From Pseudomonadota bacterium (GTDB lineage Bacteria > Pseudomonadota > Gammaproteobacteria > Arenicellales > Arenicellaceae), in NCBI GenBank assembly GCA_039110515.1, contig JBCCFY010000010.1:50202-114201 (forward strand): a DNA stretch of 64,000 nt, written 5' to 3'. Shown one piece after another: positions 10,001 through 19,577 of this stretch (within the stretch, counting starts at the first letter, position 1; each line of letters starts with the position of its first letter). The position numbers were made by a program, and so were the translations under genes. The notes beneath the pieces are model-generated. The model was not told the origin of the DNA and ran no database searches. It saw nothing but the letters and a program-made list of their open reading frames with translations.

Positions 10001-10762
10001 GGGCCGAAATGGTTCGAGACCTGGCTGAAAAAAGCCATCGATCAGAGCGACGCGTTAATTTCCATTTCAGCGGCTACCGAAACCGATCTCGGTAACTATA
10101 TTCAGAAAAGCCACATCGAAAACCCACCGCTTTTGGGTCATTGGCATCACGGCTGCGATTTCGCTCCTAATAGTGAAGAGGAGAGTACACAGAGGATCAA
10201 AGCAATCCGGGCACACAATCTGGAGCCCAACCGCTACCTGCTCATGGTGGGCACCATTGAACCAAGAAAACTGCATGACGTCGCAGTTGCGGCCATGCGT
10301 CGTCTGTGGGAGAAGGATGTCAATCTTAAACTCTGCATTGCTGGTAAGCAGGGTTGGTTGGTTGAAGAGTTTATGGATGATTTGCGAGACAATAGCGGCA
10401 AACAGGAAAATCTGATTTTTATCGAAGCCCCTACCGATCCGGAGCTTTCACGCTTATACGAGTCTGCCGCAGGATTGCTATTTTTGAGTAAAGGCGAAGG
10501 CTTTGGTTTGCCCCTCATAGAAGCCGCTAGTTACGGGATACCTATTCTCTGTTCAGACATACCTTCTTTTCGCGAAGTAGCCCAAGGTCATGCCACTTTC
10601 ACCGCTGCTCGCAATGGTGAGGAGCTGGCTGACGACATTCACAGTTGGTTCGAACTCAAAACGACTGGAAAACTTCCCGATTCATCGAGCATGAAGGTAA
10701 ACTCTTGCGAGGAAAGTGCTAGCGCAATCGTGCACACCCTATTTACTGAATTAAACCTTTGA
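7031..10762 (+). CDS. Three-domain GT4 glycosyltransferase (WbdA-like polymerase)
   Basis: 1243 aa; EGLGLPVIEA in domain 1, PPCQSGIAEY in domain 2, and SGIQRIVR...EGFGLPLIEA in domain 3. Confidence 0.88.
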   Translation: MRIVVDLQACQAEGYYQRGIGNYSLGLVKGMQELSPAGSVFTLGSGALPYELDDSVIRADRHIRLNADLPWSAAGDFEGGSLDSIGAIHYATQCQALQPDVIHVSHNFLDCKDRVMVPGATNGIPGQLVTTTLYDLIPLRFADHYLRADISKRRYHYQLERLRRYDLLFAISESTRADAIELLNIEPWRVVTIHGGVEGFYGVPDSRSSMLEQLHQRFQLNEKILLYTGGDDFRKNIDGLIQGFASIDAQLRDRTVLVIAGKLSDGSKQNYRNLVKSLKIPDQHVLFTGFISEADLSAFYGCCDAFIFPSKYEGLGLPVIEAMKCGAPVIGSDNSSIRELIKRDDALFDADNHQAMARVIERALSDDQFAQELREHALREGRNYSWQKSAGMALAAMDEALKQQRQAGVSAAVSGWLPRKHLALLTPLPPCQSGIAEYATDFLPYLSRHFDIDIYLDGYAPNKAEISAVFRMFDISDFEANAENYDAILYEIGNSDFHSYMLPYLYRYPGVVTLHDAYMSGILAHHEFSLNQRNSYQHELLYSHGPRGRRYIAPNTDDREAIAEAIDTLPTTKRILDRALGVISHSSFNIDVANQHFPEGWLAPYRIVPQIMACRKRDPRRTAEYRNQLKLPEDAFVICTFGHVVWTKCGDLLLQAFCDSEILKKANAHLVFVGKLAEDEFGTRLKNSIKKLGSKRNIHITGFVDTAQYEGYLQSADVAVQLRQSSRGGTPRSVLDCLANELPVVINDYASFQDYPDQAVLKVAAEVTVAEVREKLEQLFENPEMRSNFADQGMHYVQSQHDPVQCAAAYAASIDEFTKRAEANSKHYYRRALAPHIDPSEMAQLSDSLPFNTGERKFQRRKLFVDVSHIAQTDHQSGIQRIVRDLVREFYFLQQPGIEPVAVELVDKRLVVAKNWLVSQDLLSSCEQDHLRATEVEFSAGDVLLMLDSSWDRYSDFYSVFERARNKHVPIVGVIYDLLPIRIPECFVEGGPKWFETWLKKAIDQSDALISISAATETDLGNYIQKSHIENPPLLGHWHHGCDFAPNSEEESTQRIKAIRAHNLEPNRYLLMVGTIEPRKLHDVAVAAMRRLWEKDVNLKLCIAGKQGWLVEEFMDDLRDNSGKQENLIFIEAPTDPELSRLYESAAGLLFLSKGEGFGLPLIEAASYGIPILCSDIPSFREVAQGHATFTAARNGEELADDIHSWFELKTTGKLPDSSSMKVNSCEESASAIVHTLFTELNL

Positions 10763-10772
10763 AGGAAAACGC

Positions 10773-12008
10773 ATGCGATATCGCGAAATCAACAACTGCC
10801 GAATCGGGAATAGTGATCATCTTATCTCAGTTTTGGATCTAGGCCACCAAGCGCTGACCGGCGTGTTTCCAAAATCGGTGGAAGAGGATGTGACGGTTGG
10901 ACCGCTGGAATTGGTCTGGTGTCCGGACAGTGGTCTCCTGCAACTTAAACATTCATACGATCCTGATGAAATGTATGGTGATAATTATGGCTACCGATCT
11001 GGGTTGAATCAGTCGATGGTCGATCACTTGGAACGCAAGGTAGCCTACCTCGAAAAAATGGCCGCACTGGAATCTGGAGACTTGGTCATCGATATCGGAA
11101 GCAATGATGCCACCACCTTGAAAGCCTATCAGACCAAAGGAATTACTCGCATCGGCATTGATCCGGTAGGGGCCAAATTCAGGGAGTTTTATCCTGCCGA
11201 TGTGTCTTTGATCGCAGATTTCTTTTCAGCTGACGTGCTCGCAAAATCTGCGCAAAGCAAGGCCAAGATTATCACCTCCATAGCGATGTTTTATGACCTG
11301 GAAAGCCCAATCAAGTTTGCTCAAGATATCGAGCAATCGCTAGCCGCTGATGGCATTTGGCATTTTGAACAAAGTTATATGCCCTCCATGCTGAGAACGA
11401 ATTCCTACGACACGATTTGTCACGAACATTTGGAATATTATTCATTGGCAAGTGTGCAATATATTCTCCGGCAAGCGAATTTAAAAATAGTCGATGTGGC
11501 GATGAACGACATAAATGGTGGTAGTTTTGCTGTTACTGCTGCCAAAAAGGCGAACACCAGCGTGACCGCAAACAATGCCGTAATTAATTGGCTGTTAGAA
11601 CAAGAATTGCGCATGGGCCTCGATACGGTAAAGCCGTTTAGAGACTTCGAAGAAAAGGTCTATCGGCATCGCAAGGATTTGCAAAATCTGGTGCGCTCGC
11701 TCACAGCAGACGGCAAAAAAGTGCTGGGTTACGGTGCTTCGACCAAAGGTAATGTGATGTTGCAGTTTTGCGGTTTTTCCGCTGCAGACATTCCCGCGAT
11801 AGCGGAGGTCAACCCGGACAAGTTTGGCCGAATCACCCCTGGAACCCACATTCCGATTGTTTCCGAGCAGGAAGCCCATGCCATGCGACCGGACTATTAT
11901 CTGGTGCTACCCTGGCATTTTAAAAATGGCATTCTACGGCGTGAACAGCAATTTCTACAGGAAGGCGGAAAGTTTATTTTTCCGTTTCCCGAAATTGAAA
12001 TAGTTTGA
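10773..12008 (+). CDS. NDP-sugar C-methyltransferase (class I SAM)
   Basis: DLGHQALTG, DIGSNDAT, CHEHLEYYS, GYGASTKGN and VLPWHF motifs typical of NDP-hexose 3-C-methyltransferases. Confidence 0.85.
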   Translation: MRYREINNCRIGNSDHLISVLDLGHQALTGVFPKSVEEDVTVGPLELVWCPDSGLLQLKHSYDPDEMYGDNYGYRSGLNQSMVDHLERKVAYLEKMAALESGDLVIDIGSNDATTLKAYQTKGITRIGIDPVGAKFREFYPADVSLIADFFSADVLAKSAQSKAKIITSIAMFYDLESPIKFAQDIEQSLAADGIWHFEQSYMPSMLRTNSYDTICHEHLEYYSLASVQYILRQANLKIVDVAMNDINGGSFAVTAAKKANTSVTANNAVINWLLEQELRMGLDTVKPFRDFEEKVYRHRKDLQNLVRSLTADGKKVLGYGASTKGNVMLQFCGFSAADIPAIAEVNPDKFGRITPGTHIPIVSEQEAHAMRPDYYLVLPWHFKNGILRREQQFLQEGGKFIFPFPEIEIV

Positions 12009-12047
12009 GGCTCGGCAACGGTCATCGATCAATCGTTAGCGTAACTC

Positions 12048-13076
12048 GTGGTTGAGCAAAGCAGATCGGCTCTGATTACCGGGATTTGTGGTCAGGATGG
12101 CGCCTATTTGGCGCAACATCTGCTGGCGAATGGTTACGAAGTAATCGGAACACATCGTAGTGGAGAACCGGATATCTGGCGATTGGAGAAGTTAGCAATA
12201 GCTGCACACCCAAAGCTAACTCTCAAGCAGCTGTGCTTAAGCGACACTACCGGGTTAAACAGCTTTATCACTCAGCAAAGGGTAGACGAAATCTATAATT
12301 TGGCGGCCGTGAGCACGCTTAAACAGGCCGAGGAAAACCCGCTGTTGACCAGCCAGGTGAATGGATTGGCGCCCGTTGCAATGTTGGAAGCGATTAGGCG
12401 AAGTGGGCGAAAAATTCGTTTTTTTCAAGCCTCTTCGGCGGAAATTTATGGTCGCAACAGGGCGCAGCCGCAAACTGAGAATACTCCATTGGCCCCTGAT
12501 AATGTTTATGCAGTCGCGAAAGCCTATGCACACCAAATGGTTGAATATTATCGGCGGCATCACCAAATTTTTGCTTGCAATGGCATTCTCTATAACCACG
12601 AGTCCCCCTTGCGTGGCAGCGAGTTCGTGACCAGGAAAATCTCCGACTCCATGCTCGGGATCGCGAATGGATCATTGTCTTGTCTGGAGATCGGAAATTT
12701 AGCCGCCCAGCGTGATTGGGGTTATGCAAAGGATTATGTGCAGGCAATGCACAAAATGCTCTCAGTCGACCAGCCTGACTCATATATTCTGAGCACGGGA
12801 AAACTGACGACCATCCGTGAGTTTGTCGAGTTAGCTGCGACTGGCGTGGGTATCCGTCTCGCCTGGGAAGGCGCCGGGATGGACGAAGTAGGAATCAATC
12901 AGGCCAACGGTAAAAAGATCGTTGTCATCAATCCTAAATATTACCGCAATGAAGATCATACGACTGCTACCGGTAACCCTTCGAAAGTTAAGGCACAACT
13001 GGCTTGGGCAGCCACTACGTCAGTTGCTGAGTTATGCAGATTTATGTTGGGCAGCACTACTTCGCAAACGCACTAG
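12048..13076 (+). CDS. gmd: GDP-mannose 4,6-dehydratase-like SDR (copy 1)
   Basis: ALITGICGQDG, FFQASSAEIYG, YAVAK, NHESPLRG and RDWGYA motifs. Confidence 0.85.
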   Translation: MVEQSRSALITGICGQDGAYLAQHLLANGYEVIGTHRSGEPDIWRLEKLAIAAHPKLTLKQLCLSDTTGLNSFITQQRVDEIYNLAAVSTLKQAEENPLLTSQVNGLAPVAMLEAIRRSGRKIRFFQASSAEIYGRNRAQPQTENTPLAPDNVYAVAKAYAHQMVEYYRRHHQIFACNGILYNHESPLRGSEFVTRKISDSMLGIANGSLSCLEIGNLAAQRDWGYAKDYVQAMHKMLSVDQPDSYILSTGKLTTIREFVELAATGVGIRLAWEGAGMDEVGINQANGKKIVVINPKYYRNEDHTTATGNPSKVKAQLAWAATTSVAELCRFMLGSTTSQTH

Positions 13077-13144
13077 TACCAGAGTTTTCCAATAAAGGCC
13101 TGAACTCGAAGATCTTACAGCCAAGAACCACTTTCTAGTTGTGG

Positions 13145-13906
13145 CTAATTGTGGCTCAGTACATCCAGATTCTGATGTTGCATGACTTCCTCAATGTCGC
13201 CAAAGGCGATGAGTTTACCGTGCTCGAGGTAGATCGCCTTATTGCATAGGTGACGAGCCACATCTGGGTGGTGGGTGGCGAAGACAAGAATGGATGAGGC
13301 AAAAACCATTCTGGACAGACGTTCCCGAGCTTTGACAATAAAGTCCGCATCTCCCGCACCAATCCATTCATCGAGTAACAAAATTTCGCTATTAACGCTG
13401 GTGCATATTGAAAATGCCAAGCGCAGAGTCATTCCTTGAGAATAGAGTCTGACTGGTAAATACAAGTAAGAACCGAGTTCGCTGAACTCAGCGATTTCCT
13501 CTACTTTCTGCAGAATCTCTTTGCGCTCTAAGCCATGCAACATGCCGCACAGCAGAATATTGTCGTAGCCACTCTGGTTTACATCCATGCCGGCCATTAA
13601 ATTCAATAATACTGATAGTTTTCCTTCTTTTTCGATGTGTCCCTTGGTCGGTTCATAAAAACCAGATAGTAGTTTGAGCAACGAGGTCTTACCTGCTCCA
13701 TTATTGCCTAACAAGGCCACCCGATCGCCATCGACAAAAGTTAGGTTTAGATTATCCAGCGCCAATATCGAAGACTTAGTGGAACCGTCATTTTTAATTT
13801 TCCCTCCGACCTGCATGCCACGCGTGAGGGAACGGGTGAACGAACGACTCACCGTGTCGTAAATGGGGTACTCGAGGCTGACGTTGCTGAGTTTAATAAA
13901 TGGCAT
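13145..13906 (-). CDS. wzt: Polysaccharide ABC exporter ATP-binding subunit without a C-terminal carbohydrate-binding domain
   Basis: Walker A GNNGAGKT, signature YSQGM, Walker B ILLLDE; only 253 aa. Confidence 0.92.
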   Translation of the reverse strand: MPFIKLSNVSLEYPIYDTVSRSFTRSLTRGMQVGGKIKNDGSTKSSILALDNLNLTFVDGDRVALLGNNGAGKTSLLKLLSGFYEPTKGHIEKEGKLSVLLNLMAGMDVNQSGYDNILLCGMLHGLERKEILQKVEEIAEFSELGSYLYLPVRLYSQGMTLRLAFSICTSVNSEILLLDEWIGAGDADFIVKARERLSRMVFASSILVFATHHPDVARHLCNKAIYLEHGKLIAFGDIEEVMQHQNLDVLSHN

Positions 13907-13924
13907 GCGCTGGTTGATCCGATG

Positions 13925-14731
13925 TCAAAGCCAAAAAGCGATCCGTGATCGGTATCGCGCAAAGAGTGCAAATGCCAAAATCCAGCCAGACACTGCCATC
14001 GCTGCTGTGATCTGCCAATGCACGAGGCTGATGTTGCCCTGCAGCAGCGGTTCTCGAAATAACTCAATGAGATGGAAGAACGGGTTTAACTGGGCGATTT
14101 GATTTAATTGTTCATTGGCATTTGGCATCCAGATAATTGGCGTCACGAAAAATACCAATCTAAATATATTGTTAAATAACTCAGAAAAGTCCCGGTAGCG
14201 CGCAGCTAATATACTCATGATGAGACCAATCCATAGCGCATTCAGCATAATCATTAGCAGCGCTAGCGGCACGACGGCCCATTCAACTGCTACTGGTTGT
14301 CGAAAAAACAATGCCAAGATAACAAACACCAACATTTGATAACACAGCACGACCGTGTTTCGCCAAACTACTCGGAACAACAGTGTGAAGTAACTTAACT
14401 GAAACGATGTCAGATAATGTGCTGATCCAATAAATTCCTTGCTGCATTCCAGGATAATGTTCGAAACAAAATTCCAAACAATGAAACCCAAAAGCAGGTG
14501 GATCATGTAGACGCGGGTTTCAACTGACATCAGGCTCGCGTAAATAGGACCCAAGGCACCAACGAAAATGAGAATGCTTAGGCTGGCCCAAAACACCCCA
14601 AGTTTGGATCGGTTATAGCGGTTATTGACATCATTCCAGCCTAAAGCCAGCCATACCGAGCGACTGTTGATTCCGTTTAGAAGATCCACTAAAGCATTAT
14701 TGAAATGCGTATTTCCAGCTGGCATGGTCAA
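13925..14731 (-). CDS. wzm: Polysaccharide ABC exporter permease
   Basis: RYNRSKLGVFW, multiple TM helices, FFVTPIIW and LNPFFHLIELFR motifs; adjacent to wzt. Confidence 0.92.
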   Translation of the reverse strand: MTMPAGNTHFNNALVDLLNGINSRSVWLALGWNDVNNRYNRSKLGVFWASLSILIFVGALGPIYASLMSVETRVYMIHLLLGFIVWNFVSNIILECSKEFIGSAHYLTSFQLSYFTLLFRVVWRNTVVLCYQMLVFVILALFFRQPVAVEWAVVPLALLMIMLNALWIGLIMSILAARYRDFSELFNNIFRLVFFVTPIIWMPNANEQLNQIAQLNPFFHLIELFREPLLQGNISLVHWQITAAMAVSGWILAFALFARYRSRIAFWL

Positions 14732-15057
14732 TAAATTATCCGATTTGATGCGGAGAATGGGCTAGGATGGTTTTCAGTTCTATCGTTTGCCAACAAACAC
14801 TACGAGGCGACTTACTATTATCTTGAATATCAAGCTATTGGGCATTTCAACTATTTGAAATTGGCCTGAACCTTACCGCAAGCAAAGTTAAATTTCTATA
14901 GAATTCACTCATGTGCGAGTTACGATTGACTCAGCCCCGAGCAAAATACTAGACTGCGGTCTTTATCCAGGCTGCAAAGCTCAAAACCAACGCAAAGTAT
15001 GTATCTTTACAAGAACGTATTGGATGCACAGGAACAGTAATAAATATTTAGGAAGTT

Positions 15058-15744
15058 ATGGCTGAAGACAATGACGCGCGCGTAGCAGACGCGCAGGAAG
15101 TAGAACAAATCTCTTGGTACCACTCCATTGACTTGGGGAATGGCATTGTCACCAATGGGCGGAAGGACTTTTCAACCTGTTTGGCAGAGGCGGATGTTGT
15201 TTTCGACCATGATGTAAGCGGCAAATCAGTATTGGATATAGGCGCCTGGTCTGGGTTTTTCTCGTTTGAGGCAGATCGTCGTGGCGCTGCTGAAGTACTG
15301 AGTACGGATAGTTTCGCATGGGAACAATTGGGTGGACGACCTGGTTTTGACTATGCACGAAGTGTACTTGCTCCGGGGATAAAAGATCAGTTCATTGATA
15401 TTATGGATCTCTCAAGCGAAAAAGTTGGTCAATTTGACGTCGTGTTGTTTCTTGGAGTGTTGTACCACATGCGACACCCCATGTTGGCATTGGAAATCGT
15501 CAGTGAAGTTTGCAAGGAGCACCTCGTGGTCGAGACACATATGGGATGTACCCATCTTGATTATCCAGCTGCGGAGTTTTACCCCACGGATGAACTGGGT
15601 TCTGATCCCAGTAACTGGTGGGGAATGAATGAACCAGCAATCATCGGCATGTTAAAGAGTAATGGCTTCGAAACAGTAGAGTATGTGCCTCACCCAATTG
15701 CAAATTGGGCTCCCACTCGTGGCTTTTTCCATGCTTTTAAATAA
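15058..15744 (+). CDS. Class I SAM methyltransferase (DUF1698/CmoB-like), probable polysaccharide O-methyltransferase
   Basis: WYHSIDLG, VLDIGAWSGFFSF and FDVVLFLGVLYH motifs; context within the polysaccharide cluster. Confidence 0.8.
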   Translation: MAEDNDARVADAQEVEQISWYHSIDLGNGIVTNGRKDFSTCLAEADVVFDHDVSGKSVLDIGAWSGFFSFEADRRGAAEVLSTDSFAWEQLGGRPGFDYARSVLAPGIKDQFIDIMDLSSEKVGQFDVVLFLGVLYHMRHPMLALEIVSEVCKEHLVVETHMGCTHLDYPAAEFYPTDELGSDPSNWWGMNEPAIIGMLKSNGFETVEYVPHPIANWAPTRGFFHAFK

Positions 15745-15842
15745 CAACCTGCTATGCATTTTTTGTTGGTTTATTTCGCCTAAATCGGATTAGTACTATA
15801 CTAATTCGCAGATTGATTATTGGGATAGGGTTACTTAATCTA

Positions 15843-16877
15843 GTGAAAACCGCGCTTATAACAGGAATTTCTGGCCAGGGAGGCGCCCATCTCGCCAAGA
15901 GTCTGTGTGGCGATGGCTATCATGTGGTTGGTACTACCAGAGATACCAAACAGGTGGACACGACCAACCTGCTAAATTTAGGGATTCTGGACGAAATTGC
16001 TTTGCGATCACTAGACCTCCAAGATGACAGTCTTGTGCTCGATCTAATTGACCAGCTCCGTCCGGATGAAATTTACCACCTAGCCGCTCCTTCATCGGTT
16101 GCAAGGTCATTCAAAGAACCCGCCGAGACCATTTATAGCATTGCCTTAACGACGGTTAATCTCTTGGAGGCTATCCGCAAGACGGATAAGACAATCCCTT
16201 GTTTTGTCGCTACCTCGACTGAAATGTTCGGTAACTGTGAGGTGCCGGCTAATAAGGATACGGCGCATGATCCTAAGAGCCCGTACGGCATTGGCAAAAG
16301 TTGTGCCCACTTCCAAGTGCGAAATTATCGTCAGGCTTACGGCTTATATGTCTGTAGTGGCATCCTGTCAAACTTTGAATCTCCTCTACGACCTCGCAAT
16401 TATGTCACCTCCAAGATTGTTAGCACGGCGTGTCAAATCGCGCTGGGTGAAGCTGAGAACATTGAGCTGGGGAATCTCAGTGTGAGAAGAGATTGGGGTT
16501 CAGCGGCTGAGTTTATGAACGGTGCAAGGCTCACGTTGCAGCAAGAGAAGCCCGATGATTATGTAATTGCCACCGGAGTAACTCACAGCCTTCGGGATTT
16601 TTTGCAAATGGCCTTTTCTTCTCTCGGGTTAGATTATCGCGATCACTTGTTGGTGCGAGATTCCCTTCTACGGCCGCTGGATATAAAACAAACACTGTGC
16701 GATCCTCAGGAAACGGAGAGCAAATTGGCATGGAAGGCAAGCACGCCGCTTAAGCAAGTGGTTTTTGACATGGTTCACACCGAGCTAAGCGCGCAAGTAG
16801 GAGCCACCAGAGCAGCAGCGCTGATGATACCAAGAGAGTCAAACGTGGTGACACTGAATAAAAATAACACGGGGTAA
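15843..16877 (+). CDS. gmd: Divergent GDP-mannose 4,6-dehydratase-like SDR (copy 2)
   Basis: GTG at 15843; ALITGISGQGG, TSTEMFG, SPYGIGK, NFESPLR and RRDWG motifs. Confidence 0.75.
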   Translation: MKTALITGISGQGGAHLAKSLCGDGYHVVGTTRDTKQVDTTNLLNLGILDEIALRSLDLQDDSLVLDLIDQLRPDEIYHLAAPSSVARSFKEPAETIYSIALTTVNLLEAIRKTDKTIPCFVATSTEMFGNCEVPANKDTAHDPKSPYGIGKSCAHFQVRNYRQAYGLYVCSGILSNFESPLRPRNYVTSKIVSTACQIALGEAENIELGNLSVRRDWGSAAEFMNGARLTLQQEKPDDYVIATGVTHSLRDFLQMAFSSLGLDYRDHLLVRDSLLRPLDIKQTLCDPQETESKLAWKASTPLKQVVFDMVHTELSAQVGATRAAALMIPRESNVVTLNKNNTG

Positions 16878-16901
16878 TCCCTGCAACATAATTAGGGTTT
16901 T

Positions 16902-18056
16902 ATGAGCAAACATGATTTTGCCAAACTCAAGAATATTGAAAAAGGAAAGGATGGTTCTGAGTCGAGCAAAGTACTGCATATCTGTAAGGTGTACCTGCCG
17001 GTTAAGGGAGGGGTACAACGTGTCGTCCAGCGAATTACCGCTCGTTTAGCGGATTTTACGCATCAGGTAATCACTACCGGTGAAGATGGTGCTGTTGATC
17101 GGCAACAACTGGATCGTGCCGATGTGATCCGTTGCCGATCCTATGGTCAACTTGCTTCAATGCCCATCGCACCCTCACTTCCCGGTCAGGTGATAAAGAT
17201 CGCCAGAAAACAGGATTTGATCGCATTGCACTACCCGTTCCCCTTGGCGGAACTCGCGCTCTGCTTTTTCTTCTCTAACACACCCATCGTCGTACACTGG
17301 CATTCCAATATCATTGCACAGAAAAAACTCAAGTGGTTGGTAGCTCCGTTGACGTTGGTGGTTCTGTGGCGCGCAAAGGCGATTGTAGCCACCTCAGGCA
17401 GGATGATTGAGAATTCTTTCTGGCTTAAACGGTTTCGCAATAAAGTGCGCACTATTCCCTATGGTATGGAGAGTGTGACGCCTTCCCAAACCTTACCACT
17501 TGCACCCAATGGTTATTTCGTCGTGATTGGCAGGCATGTTTCCTACAAAGGCATTGACGTAGCAATTAGATCTCTTGAGCACTCTGATCATCGTTTGATT
17601 ATCGTTGGTGATGGCCCCTTGTTTGAGCGCCACAAGCTGCTGGCGGAAGATCTCGGACTCAAGGCCCGGGTCAAGTTCGAGCAACAGGCGAATGATGAAA
17701 AGGTTAATGAAATACTGCAGAGCGCAATCGCTTTGGTGGTCTCGTCTAATAGAGAAAACGAAGCCTTCGCCTTGGTTCAACTGGAAGCCATGCGCCTGGG
17801 CAAGGCCGTAATAAACACCAATCTGAATTCTTCCGTACCCTGGGTTGCCCGCCATGAGAAGGAGGCGTTAACTGTGCCACCCGATGATGCCAAGGCCTTG
17901 GCGCAGGCAATGCAGACATTGAAAGCTGATCCAGAGCTGGCAAGCAGTCTCGGTGAACAAGGACTGCTTCGATACCAGGAGAAGTTTACCGCTGAACATT
18001 TCGCACAGGCCACCAGTGAACTCTACCGCGCGCACGCGAAGTCCCTGGCACAGTGA
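16902..18056 (+). CDS. GT4 glycosyltransferase, WbpZ/WbdC-like
   Basis: LHICKVYLP..GGVQRV, LHYPFP, GRHVSYKG and EAFALVQLEAM motifs. Confidence 0.82.
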   Translation: MSKHDFAKLKNIEKGKDGSESSKVLHICKVYLPVKGGVQRVVQRITARLADFTHQVITTGEDGAVDRQQLDRADVIRCRSYGQLASMPIAPSLPGQVIKIARKQDLIALHYPFPLAELALCFFFSNTPIVVHWHSNIIAQKKLKWLVAPLTLVVLWRAKAIVATSGRMIENSFWLKRFRNKVRTIPYGMESVTPSQTLPLAPNGYFVVIGRHVSYKGIDVAIRSLEHSDHRLIIVGDGPLFERHKLLAEDLGLKARVKFEQQANDEKVNEILQSAIALVVSSNRENEAFALVQLEAMRLGKAVINTNLNSSVPWVARHEKEALTVPPDDAKALAQAMQTLKADPELASSLGEQGLLRYQEKFTAEHFAQATSELYRAHAKSLAQ

Positions 18057-19210
18057 GGCAGGCCCTCTATAACCTGGAAAACATTCGACCGCCGCTGACC
18101 GGGATAGGTCGATATGCAGTGGAAATAGTCCGCGGTGGCCTGGATGCGGGATACCCACTGTCGGCGATGATAGGCAACCAGCTGTTGCAGGGAGATTCTC
18201 TCAGAGAAAAACTCGATCTGTTATTGACCAAAACGAGCGGCAACGGTAGTGACTTTCGAAAACTGATCGGTCATGTTCCAAAAAGCCGTGACTATTACCG
18301 ATGGGCAAACATCAAGCGTTTTGAGAAGTTGGCCAGAGCTGAACTCGACGCAGGGGCGGTGTACCATGATTTAAACTATGCTCCGCGAACCAATAGCAAT
18401 GGCAGTGTCACCACTGTTTATGATGTTTCTCACTACCTTTATCCGCAGACACACCCGAGACACCGAGTTCGGTACCTGGAGCGGCTATTCTCAATTCTTC
18501 AACAAGGAAATCAACCCATCATCACCATCAGCAACAGTGTCAAAGCCGAGCTTGAGGAGCATTACCAGATTCCAGCCGAACGCATTGTTGTCACCCCTCT
18601 GGCAGCGGATCCTTCATTCCGGCCGCGGCCAGAGGCAGAATTCAGTCAGCTGCCTGAACTCAAGCGGCTAAAGTACAAGCACTATGTTTTGTGTGTCGGT
18701 ACGCTGGAACCACGTAAGAATTTACACCGGGTACTCGACGCCTACCAGGCGTTGGACGACGACCTGCAGCAACAGTTCCCACTGGTTATTGCCGGCTCTA
18801 GCGGATGGAAGTCAGCACAACTTGAACGTCAGATTGCCAGCATGGAGCAACAGGGCAAGCTAATAAAATTCGGTTTTGTGAGTGATAGGCTACTGCCGAG
18901 TTTATACGCCGGTGCCAAAGCCTTTGTTTTCCCCTCTCTTTATGAAGGATTTGGCTTGCCGTTGCTCGAAGCAATGCAAAGTGGCTGCCCATGCATTACC
19001 TCAGGCTCAGGCGCGCTGGCAGAACTGTCTGCACACCACGCTTTGCAGGTAGACCCTATGCAAGCATCTGAGATCGAGACCGCGTTGAAAACCTTGCTTG
19101 AAAAAGACGGTACAGCGAGCGAATACGCCACGCTAGGACTACGGCGAGCCAGCGATTTCAGTTGGGAAAAAACCATCGAACAAACTCACGCTGTTTACCA
19201 AATGGTGTAG
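18053..19210 (+). CDS. GT4 glycosyltransferase, WbpY/WbdB-like
   Basis: PLTGIGRY, VGTLEPRKNL and SLYEGFGLPLLEAM motifs; GTGA overlap with the upstream gene. Confidence 0.85.
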   Translation: MRQALYNLENIRPPLTGIGRYAVEIVRGGLDAGYPLSAMIGNQLLQGDSLREKLDLLLTKTSGNGSDFRKLIGHVPKSRDYYRWANIKRFEKLARAELDAGAVYHDLNYAPRTNSNGSVTTVYDVSHYLYPQTHPRHRVRYLERLFSILQQGNQPIITISNSVKAELEEHYQIPAERIVVTPLAADPSFRPRPEAEFSQLPELKRLKYKHYVLCVGTLEPRKNLHRVLDAYQALDDDLQQQFPLVIAGSSGWKSAQLERQIASMEQQGKLIKFGFVSDRLLPSLYAGAKAFVFPSLYEGFGLPLLEAMQSGCPCITSGSGALAELSAHHALQVDPMQASEIETALKTLLEKDGTASEYATLGLRRASDFSWEKTIEQTHAVYQMV

Positions 19211-19577
19211 TTGGGTCGATACTGGCTTGGGGAACCTGCCAACAAAAATCAGATGAAACTTAAAAATTCCGGATTGATTTAGTGAAAGCACGCGGCTCGC
19301 TAATATCGGATACCGCGCGAACCAATCACGACTAAGTTACTGTTATAGCTGTAATATCAACGCAACATCTGTCCAATATAATTTGGTTTTCTGAGTGAAT
19401 TTGTTATATGCTCAGAGGACTATGGTAGGAACTCGTGGGTGAAATGCCGGGTTGCGTAGGGTTGCGTGAGTAAAATTTACTGTAAGGAAACAATAGCTGG
19501 ACGCCCACATAAACAAATAAACGGCGCATAAATGACGTCGGTTGGGTAGTGTCATAAAAGGCACAGGGGGGCATTAA

